Shown piece after piece: positions 40,216-52,300 of a stretch of DNA of 64,000 nucleotides (positions are counted from its first letter, which is position 1; every line of letters begins with the position of its first letter). The stretch is from contig CM114271.1 in the NCBI GenBank assembly GCA_050084515.1, forward strand, positions 14,446,001 through 14,510,000, written 5' to 3'. A model generated the notes under the pieces. That model was not told where the DNA came from. It worked only from the letters and a program-made list of their open reading frames with translations, and did not search any database. Origin of the DNA: Blasia pusilla. Its lineage: Eukaryota. The position numbers and the translations under genes are program-made.

Positions 40216-43200
40216 GGTCACATCTTATTTTGACGTAGGTAGACTTCTATCGCGTCGACGGTATAGAGAGTCCCCGGGCTATTCGGGTGTAACTTCGTCC
40301 CGAGATGTCGAACGAGGTTGGTGATAGGTCTGTTGTGTTGGGAACGTCATTTATGGAAATTTCCCTATTTTGGTTTTAGTCCGTTAGATGATACGTTGAC
40401 CGAGTCAACGGTCACCCTGTAACCTATGCACACACGCTACTGTTGGTAGGGATATTTTTGGGGGAAGAGCCCTTTGGCTCTTCCCAAGGGTATCATAGTA
40501 ATGAACGCCTCTCTTGCATAGACGTGTGTGGGTGTGTAGCAGTAGTTAGGGTGCTAGCGTCCGGATTCCCTCATAGCTATGATGTGGATGTAGTTCGATA
40601 TGCCGATGAAGATCAATGATCGGGGAGATCCGGGGTTTAGAGTAAAGCTAGCCGGTAAAATTCAAGAATTACCGGCTGATTTTAAAAGTGCCTATGAAAA
40701 ACCCGTTGGATTCGAGCATGTCCTTTGTATTTGTGTCTGAAAACCGGTTCAAAAATGGGGATTATTGTTTCCGACTAGACATTCTTGGCAATGTACCGGG
40801 TCCCACGAGAAAACTCCCTGAACCCTGATGTAGATTCATGAGTGGAGTTTTAGGCCGGGTGAGCCGGTTTTACTACTCTTGATTTTACATGAGAAAGATG
40901 TCAGGGGGCTGGTGGGAATTCTTTGTTTGCAAGTAGGCAAGCAAGTTGCCTCGGTGGGGAGCCCCATGAGACGTGTGTGTGGCGTTTTGGGCGTTGTTTT
41001 CTGTTTGGAAGATTGTGCGTGGGAGCGCTGCTCATTTTTCTCAGATTTTCGCGGGTAACGGATTAGAGTAGAGCAGTAGGAGAGTGGCGGACAGGGTGCT
41101 CGAGTGTAGCATTGATGGGAGAACGGCGCATGTTAGGAAGGAGAGGGTTTGCCTTGCAGCCGCTGGGGTTGTTAAGTGAAGACTAGCTAGGTCGTGGCCG
41201 GTCTAGGGTTAGGTCACGGGCAAGGGACCGGAGGACCACGGAGTCAACAGCCAAGGGTTGTGAGGTAGCAGACAGGAAAACAGGACAAGAGAAGAGCTGC
41301 GTGGCAATACGGGGGGGCAGCGTATAGGGTCGCGTGCCCACATACTGATGGCCAAGAGCCGGGCAGCAAGGCAAAGTATGCCGGATCCGGGAAGCTGCAT
41401 AGGGCAGCACACCCGAGCGGGGTTTGAAGGAGTTGAGGATGCACAAGGGAATCCGCAAGCTAGGGCGCCGGGCTGCGGGAGTAGTAGCCGGAAGCTGAGA
41501 GTGTGAAGCTGGGGTTCGGGGACAAGAAGGTGCAGAGTACAGGGCTAGAGTTGGGAAGCAGAGGTTTAGCAAGACTGCATAGGTATGTGTGCCAAGGACT
41601 AAGGTGGTAAGGCATATAGAGGCAGGTAATGTAGGTACCGAGGTACCTCGTAGTAAGAGTGCGGGTGAAGGAAGAGAAATTATGGCTCCATAGGGATGGG
41701 CGCTGGAAGATGTGAGCGTGGAAAAAGGGGATAGGTACAACCAAGTGGGAAGAAAAGAAGAGAGAGCTGCAGAGGCTCAAGGGAGAGTGTTTAGGGACCC
41801 GGATGAGCTCCTAGGTTCACAGATGGAGGAGGGAGCCATTATGGCTCCAAAATTGGTGGAAGGAGGGAGGGCCATTGAGGCCAGAAATTCGGGTGAAGGT
41901 GTGGAAGGAGCAAGGAGCTCCAAGTGCGCAGGAGGGTCCAAGGGAGTCATTATGACTCCAAAGGTGGAGGAAGTTGCATGGGCACATGTGTTTGCATAGG
42001 GCCGCTTGCCTAAACGGGTAGAGACAAGCAGATGGAGGAGAGCGTTGGACGTAGTAGAGGTGACTTCACGCAGTTGGAAGGCCGTCATGGTTGTAGGACC
42101 GGCAAGGTTGAGCAGTGAATGTGGTATGTTGGATTGGAGATGGTTGGTGATTGGAGAGTTACATGGTGGGGCCGTCCAGCGTGGTACTATAGCTACGTTG
42201 TTGAGTGGGCATGCGTTGGGATTTTCGGAGTCGAATGAGAGATTCAAGATGGATAGACTTGAGGCTTTGAGCCAATTGATGGTGAGAGTGTGAGCTACAT
42301 CGATAGTTCATGACTGAGTACTGGAGGTGGAGACGCAAGCGCTGATGTCGACGGGTTATCTACATCCGTTGACGAGAGGTTTGACGTGTTGTTCGAGGAG
42401 AGTGTCGTGTTGCGGAGGTTTCCGCACCACATGGAGGTGTGCGTCTTGATGGATTGTTAGTAGGTTGGAGGGCGTGATTAGGTTACTCATTCGAATCCCT
42501 TTTCTTGCACTTGTCGTGTGTCATTGAGAGTGTTGGGTATCGGGTAGTTGTTGGTGGTAGATGGGTGTAGCGATGGCGACGAGTGTAGACTCCTTTCATG
42601 TGTAGCATCTTGGTGGATATACGGCGGTTTCCGAGTAGGGGTCGCGTGTATGACCCAAGAGTGTCTGTAGTTTAGGTGAGTTAGTGGGAGGCTCATGGTG
42701 AGCCCAAGTGTTGAGTGTGCGTGAGGTCGGGTGTATGATCACGGATTGACATTAGCATAGGTGAGCTAGTGAGGAGTGTGGGAGACTCTTGGTGAGTCGG
42801 AGTGCTTGAGCGGGTGAGACACGGTTGTCATCATGGCGTTCTTCTAGGGTTTGGAAGAACGGGGTAGTACGAGCACTGGTAGTGGAGTGACACGGAGTGA
42901 TGTGAGGTATCGAGGGGTTTTGAGTGAGGAACCACCCCGACTCCCATCAGTGGCTGGATTGTCATCACTAGACAGTGGGTTTGGTGACGGTGATACGTGG
43001 AGAGAAAGGGACGGTGATACGTGGAGAGAGATGGACGACATGGGCCATCAGGGCATGCGTCTTTTCACGGGTGCGGTAGGCATCATAGATTTAGATGACT
43101 TCATCCAGGAGTTTGACATGTGGTGTGACTTCCAGGAGATACATACCCCTATGCGATTCAACTCTTTTATGGCATGGAAGGGGTTATTCCAGCACTTGGA

Positions 43201-46200
43201 GGGTCCACCGATGGATGACTACATGGAGTTTTGATCTCTATATTTTATAGGGATTGATGTCTGGAGGGTGTATTGGGCTCCAAGGTATATGTTCACTAGT
43301 GGTCGCAAGGCGTATGATGGGATAGTGAGGGCAGAGAGACCTTCACCATCACCCCGGGGACTAGATGGAGAGGATAGCAGTGAGAGTTGTGAGGTGGCAG
43401 AGACCTCTTTTGGTAGAGGACCACCGAGTTTCACTCCTATAGTGGAGTTCTTCCGACAATTGGGGAGAAGCTTCCAGGGCATGCCAACTGACAAGCTGAA
43501 GAGTCTACAAGATTTTCAACGGAGATCAAATGAGAGTCTGAAGGAGGCATTCACGCACATGCGACGGTTGATTGTTGCCACATATGGGGTGACTGAGGCA
43601 TCGTCAATATAGTATTGGTACGTGGTGCTAGATGAGGAGCTACGGAGGAGAGTTTGGGATGCGATGTTGCTTCATACGGCAAAGCCCACATTGAAGGTGG
43701 TCTTCGAGTTGTTTGAGCGAGTAGAGCTCAACATGAGTGAGGAGCAAGTAGTGACCACGAGATTTTTGCAGGATTTGACGAGTCGACGAGTAGGAGTAGA
43801 CCCACAGGTGTCCTAGCATGCACCAATACCATGAGGGCGGGCCGATGGGCCCAAAGAGCATAGCGAGTATTGTGAGCCAATGAGGCAACGGCTCGTACTG
43901 ACATATGTTTCCCAACAAGGATGAGGGTTGGCTTATTGGATGTGTGGTGGGTCACATAGGGAGAGGGACTGCCCACAATATGGGAGAGGGCCACGGGCAG
44001 CTCCGATTTCTCAAGAGCCACAAAGGATGGCCCCACCACAATTGCAGTGTGATCATTGTCACCGATAAAGTCACACTAGGAATAGGTGTTATGATCTTCG
44101 CCATGAGGTACGTCCAGAGGTAGGCAGAGGACTTGGGGGCGAGAGAGTTGGTGGCGATCAAATAGTGGGTGATCGTGGTGGTAGAGTGCCATCACCTCTC
44201 ACAAGAGATGGAGGACGTGCACTTGATATAGCGCTCCTTACGCGCATCGATCAGTTGGAGTAGAGGATGGTTGCCATGATGATGATGCAGCTACAGGCAG
44301 GCCCAAAGCTGAGAGTAGCTAGCGTGGCGCCAACCTCCACATCTTACCACGATGCTGTAGGGATGGGATTTATGTGTAGCGCGGCTCAAGTTGAGGCAAC
44401 TTTGGTGGTGACTTGGGGTGTTGCAAGAGTAACCAAGCCATCAAGGGATGGGGTTGAGATTGACCCACGAGAGGGGACCGATGGGCGTTGTTACAGGCAT
44501 TGCATACATCGTTGATGGTGCCTTGACAACCGGTAATACCCATGGGTGGGACAGATGTGTCGACATCACGAGGAGTTAGAAAGACGACTCCTATGCCGAC
44601 TCGAGTGGAGCTAGTGTTGACCACACTGTTGGATGTGGCCACTAGGGTGAGCCACGCTCCGTTATTTTCCGTTGTGGAGTTGGCGACGTTGGGAGTTGGA
44701 CCAACGGAGGTGTTCTGACTGGCGCCACATTGTGTGAGCGTGGAGAGGTGACAGCCTCTCGTTCAGAGGTAGTTGAGGAGGTGGTGGACTTGCCCTCAGA
44801 GCAAGAGCTCTGGACATCCCCCACTCAGTCATGGCATGCGACGACGGCAAAGTTGGTAGATATGCCAACTCGGCTAGCGATAGAGCGAGCCATGATCACA
44901 CCAGGTGTGGTGTTGTTGAATAACCGAGAAAAAGTGTTTTGCTTGGTTAGTCCCACAGGTACGGTGTACCACTTGCAGCGCGTCCTACTTGATTTGAGAG
45001 CGCAACCCTTGATACTAAGGAAGGTGGCGCGTGTTTGGCGTTGGGTTTACGGAAAGGCAACATTAAGCATTGTCCCTTTCAGATACAGACGTCTATTGGG
45101 GGCGTATCACCCATGTAGTACATGACTCGAGAGGAGTTGGTGGTTATACTCCAGCCAGAGCATGAGTCGGATAGTGCAATGGTGCGCACTCGGGCGATTA
45201 CGACACCTGCAGAGTCATATGATGTTTTGGCTAGGGAGTACGGTGTTGTATCCCTCTGGTTTTATTCTGGATTTTTGGGAGGAGAAAGTTTCTTATCAGC
45301 TAGGGTGGCGATCAAGTGATGGATGGATGAGCCATCTACCGGTGTTGTTTGCAAGGAGTAGTGATGGTCAACCACGTGAGGATACGGTGACCACATTGGC
45401 AACATTCATAGGTGGTGTTTGCTGATCAGAAGGGTTTGGGGAGAGGAGCACACATGCGAAGGGCATTCCCGTAGCGGATAGTCGTGCGGAAAGACATGCC
45501 AGGGTGGGTGTCTCTTCCCATGGTGCGAAGCTTTGTTATTGTTGTTGGGGAGCATTGAGATGCGTGGAGTGCAGACGAGCACTCCACGCATGCATGGAGC
45601 CGCGCCTATGTTTGGAGTAGGGTATGAGAGTGTTAGATCTCTTCCGACGGATCAACATGGCATGTTGCTATAGTGTGAAAATGTTGCGGGAACAACGGCA
45701 CCGATGGCGCTAGATGTGCATAGGATAGGAAATCTTGTCAGATACATATGTGTGTGCTATCTAGAGTTAGGGGGACCCAACTGCAAGTTAGGATGGTGGT
45801 TGTGGGATCCCATTTTATATGCGTGAGTGTATTTCGTTTATGTATGGATCTACCCGTATGTTGGAGAAGATCGATGTTGTGCGGTGTGTAGATGTGACCA
45901 GCGATGTGTGTTGTGTAGTGATGTGTATGCGCATGACAAATGTCACATCTTATTTTGACGTAGGTAGAGTTCTATCGTGTCAACGGCATAGAGAGTCAAC
46001 GGGTTGTTCGGGTGTAACTTCGTCCCGAGATGTCGGATGAGGTTGGCGACAGGTCTCTTGTGTCGGAAACGTCATTTATGGTGATTTCCCTATTTTGGTT
46101 TTAGTCCATCAAGTGACCTATTGACCAATTCAATGGTCATTCGGTAACGTGTGCATGCAGGTTACCGTTGGTAGGGCTATTTTTGGGGGAAGAGCCTTTT

Positions 46201-46580
46201 GGCTCTTCGTAAGGGTATAAGAGTGAGGAAGATGGCTTTCCCAAGCCATCTTTCTCATGTTGAGCCTTAGCAGGGCCTCTCTTGCATAGACGTGTGTGGG
46301 TGTGTAGGAGTTAGGGTGCTAGCCTGCGGATTCCCTCATAGCATAGGGTGGATGTGGTTCGATATGCCCATGTAGATTCATGAGTGGATTTTTAGATCGG
46401 GTGAGCCGGTTTTACTACTCTTGGTTTTTGATGCAACGCTATTGTGGGGTCCCAGTGTATATGCGTGAGTGTATTTCATTTATGTGTGGATCTACCCGTA
46501 TGTTAAGGAAGATCAATGTTGTGTGGTGTGTAGATGTGACTTGTGATGTGGGTTGTGTAGCGATGTGTATGCACATGACA
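40216..46580 (+). mobile_element. Family-Y element: A1 (40216-40889), PBS-like site, long leader, decayed gag and protease, B1 (45801-45938), AA, A2 (45941-~46428), B2 (46443-46580)
   Basis: A1/A2 and B1/B2 are direct repeats. Gag remnants at 42850-43820 and protease-like VLLDLRAQPL near 44980. Inserted as one block in an X A-repeat, flanks CCTT / ACTT. Confidence 0.85.
40614..40827. mobile_element. hAT-type MITE (214 bp) inserted in A1
   Basis: 8-bp TSD ATGAAGAT / ATGTAGAT (1 mismatch); imperfect TIRs CAATGATCGGGGAG vs CAGGGTTCAGGGAG; absent from A2. Confidence 0.8.
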
Positions 46581-47189
46581 ACTTCCCTATCCTAAGCTCT
46601 CTCCACGGTAATCTATGTTTGCACGTTGCCTCCTTGGTTCTTGACTTGCTGTAAGGTATCAAGGGCCACTTCCCAAAGTGAAAATTCAACTCTACTCAAA
46701 ACAGTATCTTACCACAAACAGTAAGTTTCTCTATGTGGATGCAAAAGGGAAACCTACTCTCTCAAGTTTCTCGTGGCCTTGGCATGTCATCTTCAACTTC
46801 TTGAGGCTACCGTCCAATAGCCTTGAAGATGCTCTACTAGATCTGGTTGATCTATCCTAAAAGACCCGATAATTTTTGTGCGCATACACACTACTAAACA
46901 ACTAATATCACTGAACATATACATTAACACACAAAATATCATACTAACTCATGGCATCCAAACATCGAGACAAACGAGTACCAAAATATCTCCAATCATC
47001 CCCCCAATTGGTGGTAAGGATCCTCTAACTCCAAATATCCATCTATCCCTACCTATCATGACATACATCTCTAAGACGCTAAGAGCAAAAAGTTCGGGCA
47101 ATCATGTGGTCCCATTGTTGGTCCCCTTCTTGTCATCTATGTCACACATACAAGTCATAACCTATACCTACGGAGTATCTTTTCTATAT

Positions 47190-48720
47190 ACATCTAGGGC
47201 ACATTGATCGTCCCTGAGGAACCCTAGTGTGAGGTGGCATCAGACATTCAGACATACCAAATGCCACCCTCTCGAACACCCATCACAGACTAGCATAGTG
47301 GCTGCACCATAGGCAGAAACTAACAACATACAACGCAAGCCTGCAAGAAGTACTGCTAGACTCGGATCAACTCTATCGTCAATGTTAGGAAGGGGACATG
47401 ACGCTCAACTACGCACATGGTCCTTCCAAACCATACCATAGCGTCCCTCCAATAAGAGAATATCAAATGGAAAAATATCTCCCACTCTCAAAATAGTGCG
47501 CCTTGTGGTCATATCCAACATCGTGGGTGCGTGTGTTGCAAGTAGACATTAGTCTCTCTGAAGAAACCTCTAGATAATTAGTCGATAATCAACTTCCCAA
47601 ATAGTCACATACCTCAAAGTATTTGGATGTTGTGGAATTCCCAAGTTCTCAAACGCCGTGGGTATAACTCTCTGAAACAACTTAGCCCTCTCAGAACATA
47701 CTCGCATCCATACATCAAGGTTATCGAGCTTCAACACCTCTCCAGAATTCCGACGAATGGCCATAGGAAAATTAGGCTCTCTGGCATAAAGCAACAAGTA
47801 CGGTGAGAAAGACGTTAAGGATGATTTCTTGCTAAATATGTGTCTCATCGACAACCACGACAACTGGAGATCCCAATCTCCAAGGTGACCTATTTGCAAG
47901 CCATACTTGCATAAAGCTCTCTTCATCGTATGCACAACCCTATCCGCCAGTCCATCCGCCTCAACATGATCTCGTGAAGTGGTGCGGTGGTCAATTAACG
48001 CTTGATCACACAAGGCTTGAAATTCCCTGTGAAACTCAATACCCTAGTCTGTCAACATCTCAACACGTGCACCATAATGACTCAACACTCAATCTAGGAA
48101 AGCGTACGCTACTTCCTCACTTGCTTTATCAAGCAATGCAACCAACTCTATCCATTTCGAGAAGTGCTTGACCATCATCAACACATGAGGACTATGGCAC
48201 TCCGTCAAAGGTAAATGTCTTGAAAAATCCAAATTCCATTTATGACCTAAATCGATGATCGATAGTGGATGCAACTGTGGAATCAAAGCATTGAACGATG
48301 CCTAGATTCGATCACAAATCATGCACCTGGGCAAAAAAATTTTGAACACTCGTTTGCATGCCTCATCACCAATACTATATCTAGAGCAAGTTGTGTGTCG
48401 TGTTCACTCCAAAGTGACCAAACTCCTTATGGGCATACTGCACTAAATGTGCTCTCTACAAAGGATGAGACACTACATTTACTATACCATCCTCCCAAAC
48501 TCACAATACACGTGTCCCCTCCCACCAAAACCATCTAGCTTGCTCTAAGATCTGATCCCGCTCTCTAGCACCCACTTTACTCCCGACGCTGCTAATATGC
48601 AAGTACTCCAAGACTACTGCATCCTCGTGAATATCTTGACCATCTCTCGGCTCCTCACTGGCCTCTCGATCTAAGGTCTCTCCCTTAGACCTCGCCATCA
48701 AGGTCTTGACACTTTGGCTC
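47190..48720 (-). pseudogene. Gypsy DDE integrase with C-terminal PHD finger (decayed)
   Basis: WNLDFS...HFSKWIELVAL; DHRTTSRDHVEADGLADRVVHTMKRAL; SPYLLLYARE; then LRCMLL...[16 protein letters not shown] (8-bp duplication frameshift) PPHTRVPQGRSMCPRC. Confidence 0.88.
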
Positions 48721-49380
48721 TCTATAATTCGTACGTTTAGAAAAACTCATGATAATCGTTCATGGATGCCCCCTCTAAAAGTTGGAACATTCCGTTCCAT
48801 GTTGTGAACAAGTTGAACTCTCTAGAGTTCATAGCTCTTTACGAATCGCTCCAACTCCTAAACTCCACAATGAAGTCATGCAGATCTATAGTACGCATTG
48901 AGATTCCTCTCGAGAGCACCAACATGGAACACCCCGCCCCCATGCTCAGTTCCTACCAAAACTTTTTCAAGGCTTCTGCGCGCCACTCTCATGTACTTCC
49001 CTGTTGTAGGGGTCAAGGGCCACTTCCCAAAGTGGAAAGTTAAGTCATCAAATCAACAACTTACTCAGAATAGTAAGTTTCTCTATATGACTCCAAATGA
49101 GCCAAAATGAAGGGCAAACTTGCTCTCTCATCTTACGGCCTCAGAAGATCATGCTCAACCTCATGAGGATGTTCTCCACTATCCTTGAAGGTGCTCTACA
49201 AGATCTCGTCAATCTATCTTAAAAACGTGATATGTCTCTCTCCTCTTGAAATTTTGATTATCCTTGTGTTCTTATGATGTTTTTTTTATGATAAAATGGA
49301 TAACAAATTAGTTCACCTCGGAATCCAAAAAATATCATTCAAAATTTTGTAAACTTAATAGATAAACAATCCCTCAAAAT

Positions 49381-52300
49381 TGTCACGTCTTTTACGATAG
49401 ATCGGTAAGATCTAGTAGAGCGCCTTTGCGGATAGTGGAGGATAGGCTTAGGAGGTCAAGAATGTCTTGCTGAGGCCTCGAGGAAACTTGAGAGAGCAAG
49501 TTTCTCGGGGCCTTCGTTTCGGCTCATTTGGAGCCATATTGAGGAACTTACTATTTTAGGCAAGTACCATTTTGCGCACTGCCAAATTTTGTATAGGAGA
49601 ATGAGACGTTGGGCTTTACGACAATCCCCTTCAATTTTTACAAGAAATTTCCAATTAAAAATATTTTTTAACATTGTCGTAGATCGTGAAGCTGTGCACG
49701 CAGTGCAACAGACGGTGCGCGATTTGAAGTTGCAAGCAAAAAGAAATGGTCAATCTTGCAAAATTGCCATTGCTAGGAAATTTTTAGGGTTAAATTATTC
49801 AAACCCTAAACCAACCGCCGCGCCGGCAGCGGCCGTCGCCATCAACGGTACGATGTCGATCGTCAATTGTCACCGTCAACGATCAACCGTCACCGTCAAC
49901 GGTCCACCGTCCATCCTCGGCCGTCGCCGTCGCCTAGCGTTGCTTAGAGCCGCGTTGGGCCGTTGTCCACCCTTGGTTGCCATTGCCGCCATTATGGAGT
50001 GGAGGGTCTTCCACGACGACCATTGATTCTCTGACTTTTGCCGCCACCACGTACTTTGTTTTGGCCGCCACCGTCATCGCAGTTTCATCATCAACAAGTG
50101 ATGGGAGGTGACCTCGGGTTATGGTGTTTCAGTTTTCATTTCATGCTGCTATGTTGTGATTGGTAGCTGCTCGACGACGATCGAGTATCGTGTCGTGACG
50201 CCCGTAGCTGCAACGCACCGCCGATTTCCGTGCCGTGCCGCTCGTGACTGCACCATCTAGTTGGGTTTGTCCCAAGTTCAACCCTGTGGTTGAGTTCTTT
50301 GCTGAGTTAAGGGAGAGCTACCAAGGGGTACGGACGGAGAAGTTGTGGAGCATCCACGACTTCCAGAGGCTCCTGGTTGAGAGTTTGCGTGAGGCTTACA
50401 CTCGCTTGCACCGGTTGATCAACGTCACTCAGGGGCTGACAGAGGCTCAGGCTATCCAGTCATGGTACACCATGCTGGATCGGACCCTGTGGACATGGGT
50501 GCGGGAAGGGGTGCTTCTTATGAACACCTCCCCTACATTGAGGGGATGTTTTTAGGACCGCCGAGAATATTGAGTGCAAAACATGGCGGAGGAGAGCGTA
50601 CACCATGGGTTCTAGGCGAGAGTAGTCACGATTGTCTACACCACCCGTGCTGCAACGTGGACTCCAAGATAGGTTGATTGTGGCACCACAAGCTCAGGGA
50701 GGATCCTAGGAGGCCGTGCCGTAGAGATCTACGCCTTCATATGAGGCTCAGCAACTGCCACCTACAATTACTTGTTGGTCATGTGGTGGAGTCCATCATG
50801 AGCGTGATTGCACTCGTCAGGGTCATGGACGTGTGCCTCAGCATGGAGGAGATGGTGTTGCACTAGGAGGTTATTAGTATGACTATTGTCAAAGGTATGG
50901 TCACACATGCGCTAGGTGTTTACACCTTGAGTCTCATCAAAGTTCCCAGAGAGTTGGTGATGTTGTTGGTGTGCAGATACGGAGGGCGATGGGAGAAGCG
51001 AGTGCAACGACTCTTATTGGTGATGCTCAGGAGGAGCATGTATTGAGCACACTGTTGGGAATGGCCACAATTGTGTAGCGCGCTCCTTTAGCATGGCGGA
51101 GATGCCCGCTAGACCGGCGATAGAGTGTGACATGGCTTCTCCTTGTGGTTTGTTGTTGGATAATTGGTCTTCCAGTTGGTGAGTCTTGGAGGTAGAGCTT
51201 TTAGTCTGAAGCGCATCTTGTTGGATTCAGGAGCGCAACCCCTCATGTTGGGGAAAGCCGCATTCAGAGGATTGGGCTTGACGAGAGTCGATGTGGAGCG
51301 TTGTCCATTCTGGATACAGACATCCTTGCGGGGAGCAAGTACCACATAGTATATCACCCGACAAGAGGTCTTGGTGAGGATTCGCTCGGGACATCCTATA
51401 GATGAGTGAGTTGTGCGAGCCAAGGCGATAGTGACTGATGCAGAGTCCTACGACGTCTTGGTTGGTAGAGTAGTGTTATACCCGATGGGGTTTTCCTTGG
51501 ATTACATGGAGGAGTCAGTGTCCTACAGACCAAGATGGCAGTCACGTGATGGGCGCCTTAGTTCATTACCCGTTCGATTCATAGGTGCAGTGATCAAGCG
51601 ACGGCTAGGAGAGATGGCAACCTTAGCAACATTTAGCAACACCATCACTTGGCCTAGTGATTTCATTAAGGTACATGTCCATACACAGGATATGCCGGTT
51701 TTTGACATTTCTATGGAGAGGAGTGTCATGGTCGCCGCATGAGTCCGTGGAGGAGAGGTGCCGCTTTGGGGCTCGACTGAGGAGCTTTGACGCTTAGCCA
51801 ATGAGCATGTGCAGACCACGTGGAGCAAGACGTTTGCACCAGAGCAAGACGGATCTGAGGAACCCAAGGTAGTCAAGAGTGCTATAATGACGCCCTTGGA
51901 CACCACATACATTGTGTGGCGTATCCCAGAGGAGGGTATTCGGGTATTGGATCTCTTTGGAGAGATCAGCACTGGGTCACCTGGTGTTTTGCAGGCACGA
52001 GTACACTTGCAGCAGTACTTGTATGTGGAGATTGATGATTTTGCAAGGCACGCTTCACTTCATCATGTGGGGAAGTTACGCCTCTGCTTTCCCAACTTGT
52101 TGTCTGCATCCGCCATCCAGGGTTACCAGAGTTCCCTACCGAGGGACACTTCATTGCTTGGGGTGCAGGACTTGGAGCGGGTAGGGACCATAGACTTGGT
52201 CATTTCTGGTTGGCCGTATCACGGCCAATCGAGTGCGGATGAGGGAACGGGTTAGCTGACACTCGGTCCAAGTTGTTTTGGGAGATGATGCAGATCTTGC

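Larger units (their letters stand above)
39980..49232 (-). mobile_element. Family-X element, internally deleted: A1 (49232-~48990), gag fragment, integrase-PHD, B1 (~46993-46874), AT spacer, A2 (46871-~40030, interrupted by a Y element), partial B2
   Basis: A starts TATCACGTTTTT at 49232 and TATCGGGTCTTTT at 46871 (consensus TGTCACGTCTTTT). 40060-40215 and 46581-46871 join into one A copy collinear with 54110-54565. Confidence 0.75.

Noticed and set aside
40890-40905. tRNA-Met primer-binding site (TGGTATCAGAGC)
   Set aside because: Not present; the sequence after A is TGAGAAAGATG.
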